The notes under the pieces: generated by a model | The model's database searches: none | What the model saw: only the letters and a program-made list of their open reading frames with translations | What the model was told of the DNA's origin: nothing | Position numbers and translations under genes: made by a program | Assembly: GCA_050084985.1 (NCBI GenBank) | Contig: JBITNC010000001.1 | Span: 38,130,001 to 38,194,000, forward strand | DNA: 64,000 bases | DNA from: Nageia nagi | Lineage: Eukaryota; Plantae; Pinophyta | Direction of reading: 5' to 3' | Part shown: one piece after another, positions 54,384-64,000 of the stretch | How the letters are laid out: each line of letters starts with the position of its first letter | Position numbering within the stretch: position 1 is the first letter of the stretch

Positions 54384-57043
54384 ATGGCCAGCAACACAAG
54401 CTCATCCATTCCCATTCCAGAGTTTGATGGCAGTGACTATGGATATTGGAGCATCAAGATACAAACTTTGCTCACTGGCAAATATTTGTGGGATGTTGTT
54501 GATGATGGCTATGTAGAGCCAGCAGATTGGAGCTCTCTTTTTGCAGAAGATAAGAAAGCTATGAAGGAATGTAGGAGCAAGAACTCTCTTGCCTTGTATC
54601 ATCTCCAAGCAGCTCTTAATAGGAGCATTTTTCCAAGAATTGCAAGCTGCAAGATAGCCAAAGAGGCTTGGGCTGTGTTGAAGGCAGGATTCCAAGGGAG
54701 TGATCAAGTGAAGGAGGTAAAATTGCAAATTCTAAGGACAGAATTTGAGAATTTAAAAATGAAGGAGAGTGAAAAAGCTTCAGATTATTGTGTTAGAGTG
54801 AAAGAGATTGTGAACAAAATGCTAACTCTTGGAGAGACCTTGGAGAAGGCCATTGTAATCAAAAAAATTCTGAGATCTCTTACCAAGAAGTGGCATCACA
54901 TTGCTGTGATATTGATGGAGACAAAAGACCTCTCTCAAATGGAGATAGATTCTCTCATTGGCTGCCTTATGTCTCATGAAGAAATGGTTGATGATGAACC
55001 AGTCCAATCCAGTAAAGAGGAGAAAGCCTTTGCTGCAAAAGAAGGTGATTCTAGCTCAAATGGACAAGGTAGAGGTAGAGGTAGAGACCAACAAAGAGGG
55101 AGAGGTAGAGGTAGAGGAAGAGGAGGCCATTCCAACACAAGAGGAAGAGGTAGAAGCAATGGTGACAAGAGGAATGCTCAATGTTACTACTGCAACAAGT
55201 ATGGGCATTATGAGAGGGAGTGTAGAGCAAAACAAGCGGCAAATGGTGATGGAAAAGTGGTAAATTTTGGAGAGGAAGAAGAGTATGATGAAACTCTCTT
55301 TCTTTCCATGGAGGAGACAGCCAATATGGCTGAAGCAAAACAAGAGGAGACTTGGTTGTTAGACTCTGGATGTTCAAACCATATGACTGGTAAGGGGGAG
55401 CTACTTTCATCCATGGACCATTCCTACAAGTCAAGTATCAAGCTTGGCAATAATTCTGCAATTGAGGTGGCTGGTAAAGGCATGCTTGAGGTGCCTACCA
55501 AGCATGGGATGAAGAAGATGCACAATGTGTATCACACTCCGGATATGGCTCATAGTTTGTTGAGTATTGGGCAAATGTTGGAAAATAACTACAAGCTAGT
55601 CTTTGATGAGGGTAAGTGTGAAATTTTTGATAAGAACCATGGGCATAAGTTAGTTACTACTGTTAAAATGTCTCCAAATCGTTTATTCCCATTGAAACTT
55701 GGAAAAAAGGGGGATAACATTCTTGCAAATGTGGCTGTTAAAGATGAGTCTTGGTTATGGCATCTTAGATTTGGACATGTAAATTTCAGTAGTTTGAAAC
55801 TATCTCATAAGCTAGTTCATGGTTTACCTCTTGTTGAAAATCCAAAATCAGTTTGTGAAGGTTGTGTGTTGGGCAAGCAAACAAGGCAGAAATTTGATCA
55901 TGGAAAAGCATGGAGGGCCTCATTCCCACTACAGTTGGTTCATACTGATTTATGTGGACCAATGCAAAACAAAAGTCTTGGTATGAGTTCTTATTTTCTC
56001 ACCTTCATTGATGATTTTAGTAGAATGAGTTGGGTCTATTTTTTGAAGCATAAAGATGAAGCATTTGAGTTTTTTAAAGAATTCAAAGAGATGGTTGAGA
56101 ATGAATGTGAACATAAGATTAAATGTGTGAGGAGTGATAGAGGAGGAGAGTATTCTTCTACTGATTTTTCTAAGTTTTGCAAGCAAAATGGTATCAAAAG
56201 ACAGTTTACTACAGCCTATACTCCTCAACAAAATGGTGTGGCAGAGAGGAAGAATAGAACTCTCATGGAGATGGCAAGATGTTTGATGCAATCCAAAAAA
56301 TTGCATTACATGTATTGGGCTGAAGCAGTAAAGACAACAAACTACATCTTGAATAGGTGTTCCACTAGTGCTGTTGATGGCAAGACCCCCTATGAGGCTT
56401 GGTATGATAAGAAGCCTACTGTCCGGCATTTCAGAGTTTTTGGGTGTTTGGCATATGCTCATGTGCCAAAGGAGCATAGAAAAAAGTTGGATGCAAAGAG
56501 TGAACCATGTGTGTTCATTGGATATAGTGATGAGAGTAAAGCATATAGGCTTTACAACCCCAAAACCAAGAAAATGCTTGTCTCCCGGGATGTCATTTTT
56601 GAGGAGGGGAAAGTGTATGGACAGCAGCAAAAATGCATTATAGACATTGGAGGAGGAGTGACCAGCCATGAAGATACTTCACAAGCAAAGAATGTGCAGC
56701 CGAAGAGATCAAATTCTCTTCCAAACCTCCAAGTGGTGCCTCCAAGTCCTCCATCAAGTCCATCTCAAAGCTCAAAATCCACTCCAAGCTCACCTTCAAG
56801 TGGTGGCTCTCCAAATGTGATCCAAGAAGTGATGAAGACCAAGAGAGGTAAAAGACACTTTCAAAACCATCCTCCTTCTCAAGTTTTAGATCAAAATTTC
56901 CATAAAAGACTATCAAGAAGTCAATTTCATGAAATGGAGAAGTTTGTTAAGCAATTTAGCAATATGGAACTTGATGATGATCCAAAGGGTGAGATGGTGA
57001 ACTATGCTTTGTGTGCAGTCCCAAATACTAATATTTCTTTTTT
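54384..57043 (+). CDS. Copia polyprotein part 1: gag, zinc knuckle, protease, integrase
   Basis: CYYCNKYGHYEREC; WLLDSGCSNHMTG; LWHLRFGH..CEGC; HTDLCGP, RSDRGGEY, GVAERKNRTL. Frame changes at the T-run 57038-57043. Confidence 0.95.
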
Positions 57044-58630
57044 GATCCATCTTGTTATGAGGAAGCTTGCACCAAAAATGTGTGGGTGAAGGCTATGCAA
57101 GAGGAGCTTCACTCCATAAACAAAAATGACACTTGGGAACTTTGTGAGTTGCCCAAAGGAAAGAGGTGTGTGGGCTCCAAGTGGGTCTACAAGACCAAGT
57201 ACAACAGTGATGGTACCATAGAGAGACACAAAGCAAGATTGGTTGCTAAAGGCTTCACACAAAAACATGGTGTAGACTTTGAAGAGACTTTTGCACCGGT
57301 TGCAAGGCAAGAAACAATAAGGTTGCTCCTTTCAATGGCTGCCCAAAACCATTGGAGTGTCTACCACATGGATGTGAAGAGTGCATTCTTGAATGTTTAC
57401 TTGGATGAAGAGGTTTTTGTACAGCAGCCTCAAGGTTTTCAAGTGCAAGGCAAAGAACATCATGTGTACAATCTTAAGAAGGCCCTGTATGGTCTTAAGC
57501 AAGCTCCAAGAGCTTGGTACACTCGCATAGATGGATACTTTCAGAATTTTGGACTCATGAGGAGCAAGAATGAGCCAACACTCTACATCAAGAGAGAAGG
57601 TAATCAGATTTTGCTTGTTTCTCTTTATGTTGATGATTTGATATATATGGGAAGTGATCCCATCTTGAACAACAAGTTTAAGACTGATTTGATGAATGAG
57701 TTTGAAATGAAGGATTTGGGCCTTATGAGGTACTTTCTTGGCATGGAGGTCCACCAATGTCAAGAAGAGATTTTTGTTTGTCAAAGCAAATATGCAAGGA
57801 ACATGATTTCTAAGTATGGTATGATGAATTGTACTACTGTTCACAATCCTGTAGCTCATGGTGAGTTGCTTTGTAAGGATGATGGTGCTCCAAAAGCAAG
57901 TGTGACAGAATTTAGAAGCATTGTTGGTAGCCTTATGTTCCTTTGCAACACTAGGCCTGATATACAATTTGCTGTCTCTTTGGTATCTAGATACATGAAT
58001 GATCCTTCTATTTTGCATTTGAAGGCTGTAAAACGTATTTTGAGGTATGTCAAAGGTACCATTGGTTATGGTCTTCACTACTCTCATGTTGAAAAGTTTA
58101 AGCTTGTTGGTTTTAGTGACAGTGATTGGGGCAACAATTTGGATGATAGGAAGTCCACTTCTGGGCAATGTTTCTCACTTGGTTCAGGAATGATAACATG
58201 GAGTTCTAAGAAGCAATCTACAGTTGCTCTCTCTTCTTGTGAGGCTGAGTATATAGCCCTCACCGCAGCTAGTGCACAAGCCTTATGGCTAAGGAAACTA
58301 CTTGATGAAATTGGTGAGAAACAACATGGACCAACAATTCTTTACTATGACAACCAAAGTGCCATTCAGTTGGCACATAATCCCATCCACCACAGCAGGT
58401 CAAAGCACTTCCAACTCAAGTACCACTTCATTCGTGACATGGTGGAGAAGAACCAAATTGAGCTTCACTATTGCAACACCAAGATCAACTTGGCTGATAT
58501 TTTCACAAAAGGTGTTGTCAAAGCTCAGTATGTGATGCTCAGAGACTCCATGGTGAGTCCTCTTTGCATCAAGGGGGAGAATGTAGACAACTCAGCATCA
58601 GATCCGTTTCACTCCATGTCACCTGGCTGA
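57044..58630 (+). CDS. Copia polyprotein part 2: reverse transcriptase and RNase H
   Basis: DPSCYEEA..WVKAM, KARLVAKGF, MDVKSAFLN, LYGLKQAPRAW, YVDD, SDSDW, EAEYIA, DNQSAI, ADIFTK; the stop lies inside the 3' LTR. Confidence 0.95.
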   Translation, partial: DPSCYEEACTKNVWVKAMQEELHSINKNDTWELCELPKGKRCVGSKWVYKTKYNSDGTIERHKARLVAKGFTQKHGVDFEETFAPVARQETIRLLLSMAAQNHWSVYHMDVKSAFLNVYLDEEVFVQQPQGFQVQGKEHHVYNLKKALYGLKQAPRAWYTRIDGYFQNFGLMRSKNEPTLYIKREGNQILLVSLYVDDLIYMGSDPILNNKFKTDLMNEFEMKDLGLMRYFLGMEVHQCQEEIFVCQSKYARNMISKYGMMNCTTVHNPVAHGELLCKDDGAPKASVTEFRSIVGSLMFLCNTRPDIQFAVSLVSRYMNDPSILHLKAVKRILRYVKGTIGYGLHYSHVEKFKLVGFSDSDWGNNLDDRKSTSGQCFSLGSGMITWSSKKQSTVALSSCEAEYIALTAASAQALWLRKLLDEIGEKQHGPTILYYDNQSAIQLAHNPIHHSRSKHFQLKYHFIRDMVEKNQIELHYCNTKINLADIFTKGVVKAQYVMLRDSMVSPLCIKGENVDNSASDPFHSMSPG

Positions 58631-61600
58631 GGCATTTTCCTTCCTTTTGCACAGTTTAACGGGCTGTAATGATTAAAGGCTATGCAGTTGGTGGCTACAG
58701 CAAGAATATGCTAAAACTGTTTAATCTGATGAAGTAGTTGGTAACTGACCTGACAACGTAACATTTATAGTGGATGTGAGCTGTAAATACTTTAATTACA
58801 AACCAACTTAAGTAGAGCATGAGAAAAAGGGACTCCAGTCTAACTTCAGACAAGCTCTAGTCTAACTTCAGACGAGCTCCAGAAAAACTTCAGACGAGCT
58901 CCAGAAAGCGTCTAGCTCCAGAAAGCGTCTGGCTCCAGAAAGCATCTAGCTCCAGAAAGCGTCTAGCTCCAGAAAGCGTCTAGCACCAGAAAGCGTCTGT
59001 AGTTTGGCTCCAGAAACTGTTTAAAGGTTTCTGAAATGTTTTGAAGCTCAAGGATTGTAATCTTGCTCCATAGTAATGCAATCTGTTATCTGATGTTTCA
59101 ATATTCTGTAATGGTCCATTTTTCTTCAAAAAGGAAAGTATTGATAAGTTTGTAGGATCATAAGACATATTGGCCATTATTTTCTGGCAAATTTGGAGCT
59201 ACTAGTCAATGCAAGGAGGTCGTTAGAAAATAGGAGAGTCAATTTTATGATATTGACTAAATTTCATGGTGGTATTTGCACCATGGAAGCTTGAGGAGAA
59301 GACATTGGAGTCATTTTTGCTGTTGTGTCCAAAATTAGAGGTTGGAAGTGAGATGTTGGGAGTATAGGAAGCTTTATTTACTGTGAGCTTGCGAAAATTG
59401 ATCTTTTAAAGGTTGAATGAATGGTATATTGGCCAAATTCTAAAATTTGGAATTAACTTGATATTATTCAACTTGTGTGTGTGGACATGGAGCTTCAAGA
59501 GGATACATCCTGATTCAAAGTTTATTATTTGGGCCCATCACCCACAAGTTCAAGATTTGACTAGCTCATTCCATCATGGTAGGACTAAAATTTTAGGTTT
59601 GAGTAATTTGTGTATTTCATATTTTAATTATTTTTGAATAGGAAAAATAAAGTGAAAAGATAAAAAATATTTTATTTTTAGGAGTAATAAGGGAAGAAAA
59701 ATATTTGAAAAAATACAAAATAGTTTTATTTAATCATTAGGAAAAATAAAAATTATTTTTTTGGAGTTTCAGGAAATTTTATCTATTTATTTTGAAAAGA
59801 AAAATAAAATAAGAGTGATAAGGTATATTTTTGGAATTATATATTTTACTATGCACTAAATTGAAAATTTTGAAAGAATTTATTCTGAAACAATGGATTG
59901 GAACTTAACCCATTCATATTTCAATCCAGATGATGACCATGGGTGCACTTATACTCATGAATACTTCTCATCTCATCTGGAGAGCATTGAAAGAGTCAAA
60001 GTGCCTCTTCATCAATTGGTTCAACATGTAGAACAAAGACTTGAACTGCCAATTGAGATAAAAGAAGAGCTATTAATGGAATACAACACATGATTAGAAT
60101 TATTCAAAGAATCAATTCTATTTCATTAGTTTTTGGAATGGCATAGCAATGAAAGACTACTAAAAAAAGTGTCGATGATATTCATGCTAATGAAGATACA
60201 TCTAGTCAAGAAGATGATGTTGCCAATGATGAATGTGAAGGATATGCAATATCCCTTCATGTTCTTTTTGAGGAACCAAAGAGGGTTCAAGACAATGATC
60301 ACCAAAATAAAAGAGAGGATAAATATGTTGGCCATTTCAGCAATATGAAGATTTATGAAGATAATGTCCCCTCACAAGAGCAACATTTGCATTATAAGGG
60401 GTCATGGAACACTCAGGAGGATACATTTCTAAGGTATGATAATAATTCTGAAGTTAATAACAACACTATTTTAAATATAAAGGGATGAAAAAGAATATTG
60501 ACCAATTCAGATGATCACACACTTTGGAAACAATAGAAGACTATTTCCATATGAAGTGAAAAAGCTTTGGATGACTCATTGGAAGGCTATTGGCATAAAG
60601 CTTGTACCTAACAAAGGCACAACAACATTTTGACAAGCAACATGTATGAAGTTCAATAATGGAAACATCATGATTTGGTGTGCAACAACAATAATTAACA
60701 AAGAGGATCATGATAAAGAGGAATCAGAATTTGAAGGACTTATCTCCGTAATTATGGTGATAAGGAATGCCCACTACATCAAAATCAAAGTTGAAACTAT
60801 TGCAAAGGAAAGTGTTAGTAACCACCAACGGGTAGGTTTCATGAGTACTCATGTGCCATGTACAATGGTAACACATATGGATGGTGCTAATAAGATCATG
60901 AAGGAGTAAGCAAATACAACTAGGGTAACACTCTTTTCTCCCACACCGAATCTTGACTTCAAGGTTACCTAGAGGAAAAGAGCACCATCGTGGCATGAAA
61001 AATGTTTGGTAGCTATACAAAATCCTAACCTGCACATCAAAGGCAATATGCTTGGACCAAAGAAGAAGGTAGAGTTTATTAATTCTTAGATAAACCATGA
61101 TGAAGGAAGGAAGGATTAATAAGACTTTGTTGCAGTTGTGGATTTTTCAAATTGCTTGAGGATAAGCAATTTGGGGAGGGTGGACTTGTAATATCTCCAT
61201 TTTTAGGTGTTTTCCTCATTTCATCTTTGATAAATGGGAATATTAATTTAGGAGTGATTTTATCTATTTTAGTATAATTTGGCCAAAATATTGTAAATTC
61301 TACTTAAAGACTCAATAAAGCTCTAATTATGAAATACATGGCCCTTTAATTAATTAATTTATATTTAGTTAATTAATGAAATGCCAATAATTTTGTATTT
61401 GTAATACCAAGGAAATTATAATTGTAAATGCAATATTAGTCTCATTAAAGAGGTGTTGCATATTTTAGCCTTGATGATTGTAATATTGGCATTAAATGTA
61501 TCTCTAGTCATTAGTACTCCCCTCTTCAAGGTAGAGCATCCCCCTAGATGATTGCATTGACTACAATATCATTTGGAGCTCCAAGGAAAGACATGGAACT

Positions 61601-63146
61601 TTAAACTAGGCATTGGTCATATTAAGGCAAGTGGATGACCATTAAGCATGGATGTTGGACATGTGAGCATCCCAAGATCCCATGTTGGTCATCCTAGCAA
61701 ATTTGACCTTTGGCACTAATCATAAGGTTCCTTGACATCAACCCCTCTTGGACATTGGCTAACTTGGCTTTTATATGTGATTTCATCCATCCGAAGGCTC
61801 CTGTCTTGGACATTACATACATAAGCACATGGGCACATGGATCACATATTTCCACCATTAGATCATCTTAATGCAAGATCAAAATATGATCACCTTCACC
61901 TATAAAATGAGGACTCATAATCATTCTAAGATATGCTAAATTATTATTAAACCCTTTTATTCGGATTGAGTTGAGACTCTATCTTTGCCACTTGTAGGGT
62001 AACTTGCATTTGAGGTATCAAAGGGATAGGAGGCTACCCTTGAACTTACTCTAGCCATCTTGAGAGGAACATTGATGGTTCCATAATAGTTGCTACAAAG
62101 GAGGCTTGGTCTTGCCTCACTACTTTTAGGATTAGTGAGGCCTTAGAGCCATTTGAAATAACCCTATTGGAGATAGTCCTAATAAAAAATCCTTAGGTTG
62201 AGAAAAATATTATAATTACACTTCTACCATTTCGTTATCAATATAATTATATTTTGTTATTGAGTTTTGGAGTATTTGTCTCTCTATTCTTGGATGTTGA
62301 GTTTTGGAGTATTTTTGCACTACTTAAAATCTCTATTTTTCTCCCTAAGTGTGATGTCAGTTGTGGAAGTATATTTTTATTGTTAAACTATGTTTCTACT
62401 TACTGCAAGAATGGGTTATTAGAGGCATGTTTGCATGTTCAAAGTGTTTGATTGCTCAAATTGGTTATATGTTGTATATTTGGTGTATTTTTGAGCTTGA
62501 TTGTCCAATTTTGAAGATAGAAGCCAAATGTCCCTCTCCTAGGGCACATTTGAGGAGTGAGCCCTAGAACAACTCATCAGATAATCATGAATAAAGCATT
62601 ATAAAAAGGCATCGATGACCTCATTTTAATCTTAAGCATTCTGACTTCTTTATGAGCATTGCATAGCATTGATACAAACATTTTGAGCAATTAAGCACTT
62701 CATCAAGCATTTTTTAGGGTTTTACAAGAAACCCACCTTATGAGCTACAAATAGGTTTTTAACCCCATGTTTATGGTGGAATAAGGTATCATTTGAGTTG
62801 TTTTTCATATTATCGTGCTTGTATGTTTGTCTTAGATGTGATTGCAAGTTGAAGGCATATTCTTAAGGATAATTGGAGCTATTCTATCCTTCTTTAGTAT
62901 ATATTTTATTTATCTTGCATTTGTATGCATATAGAGTCCATTTAGGCTAAATCCATAGTAGGATTTTGGGCTAGCTTTAGGTTTTGGGTATACCCATCTT
63001 ATCATTTACCATCATTTAGAATTAATAGGGTGTTTTAGCTTTATGGTTATTATTTTTTATGCATAAATATTATTTTGATCAATTTCTTGATTTCTAGGGT
63101 TTGAACATAATTTCATATCGTAGGGTTTTGCAAATAACTTAGGTCT

Positions 63147-64000
63147 CACTACAAGAAAATTAGGCTTCAATAGTAGGTAATTTATGATGGTTTTATGATA
63201 AAAATTGAATAACTATCATTATATAGATATTAATAGATGTTTTGAATAGGGGATTTAAACCATCATCATTACATATATTAGATGATATATATTAATGAAG
63301 AGTTTTTCAGCCACCCTCATATAAAAATACTATGTTCACTAAAAATCATCATACAAAGTTTACACTAAAAATAAAAAAAAAGGTTTACTTAAAAAGTAGT
63401 CAAGATATCCTAATATCATATTTACCACACATAGCACTCTCTTTCATCTTGATGCAAATTGCCACCTTCATACGAAGTGATCTCCACCTAGATAAGAAAA
63501 AGTAACCCCATTTAGAGTTTTTTTAAGTGCCTTCTAATGAGGTATTTATCCATGCATTCATGGAATTCAAAATTTCCCCTATGAGGAATTTTTATCCATG
63601 AATCCCATGGATTTACTCTCCTAGATTTCTATGCCTCCCCATGGATATCTCTCTTCCTAATTTTTCCCATCCTAAAATTTCCATGACCTCCATGGAATGC
63701 TCACTTAGAGAAATATGGATGGATTAAAGAGAGGGATCCTTATTTTCACTATGGAAAGATCTAAGAGAGGATATACTAAACTAAGAGATCTATTGATCTA
63801 CTCCCCTCATGTGATGAGCCGAACTTGGGCTCGCTTGGGATTTCGACTAAATTCCACTAGTCCATAATGAAAATAATAATAAAATCCATAAAACATGCAT
63901 TAGGAGAGGGATGTTGGCCTTCATGAATTCGGATCTCACTAATTAAACTCAAATCATGCAAATAATCCTAACGTATTAGCAATATTAGTAATTAAGCATT
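63147..64000. mobile_element. CACTA (En/Spm-type) transposon end; extent unknown
   Basis: CACTACAAGAAAA at 63147-63159, followed by short subterminal AACCATCAT/ATGATGGTT-like motifs. Confidence 0.65.

Larger units (their letters stand above)
53730..59128 (+). mobile_element. Young full-length Ty1/copia LTR retrotransposon nested in the older element
   Basis: 547-bp LTRs (53730-54276, 58582-59128), TG..CA, 7 substitutions by eye; TSD AAAAG; PBS TGGTATCAGAGC 54279-54290; PPT AAGGGGGAGAA 58571-58581. Confidence 0.98.
50808..62579 (+). mobile_element. Old LTR retroelement, apparently non-autonomous; LTRs 50808-52196 and 61187-62579
   Basis: Colinear direct repeats of about 1.39 kb, TGTAAT..CATCA, visibly diverged; decayed tRNA-Met PBS TGGTATTAGA at 52200; PPT GGGGAGGG at 61173; no pol motifs of its own; flanks CAATT and GATAA do not match. 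Confidence 0.88.

Noticed and set aside
57036-57044. Programmed -1 ribosomal frameshift in the copia
   Set aside because: T TTT TTG is a poor slippery site and copia IN-RT is normally one frame; an indel is simpler.
54402-58168. Long antisense ORFs over the copia (for example 55950-56669 and 57332-58168), and likewise over host exons
   Set aside because: Shadows of the sense coding frames with no independent motifs.

Overview
Plant nuclear DNA, AT-rich and repeat-dense; the giant TE-filled introns suggest a large-genome plant such as a gymnosperm (inference). The only host gene is a 10-exon ELF6/REF6-type JmjN-JmjC-4xC2H2 histone demethylase on the + strand (2223-41776, about 1,650 codons). 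It has two very large introns (about 16.0 and 14.7 kb) and an apparent pair of compensating frameshifts in exon 5. The rest is layered transposon sequence. (1) Copia, gypsy and LINE remnants. (2) A LINE split by a hAT-type MITE and a solo LTR, each with a recoverable TSD. (3) A 5.3-kb TG..CA element with a 5-bp TSD and a decayed ORF of about 1,000 codons that is not gag/pol (28085-33358). (4) A young, nearly intact Ty1/copia (53730-59128) nested in an old, apparently non-autonomous LTR element (50808-62579). (5) A CACTA left end. The most unusual signals are a 10-unit hairpin array with a conserved loop and co-varying stems (7030-7429), the ORF-bearing giant solo-LTR-like element with its bidirectional motif cluster, and other element-specific palindrome arrays in LTRs. 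All analysis was by eye; no database searches were run.
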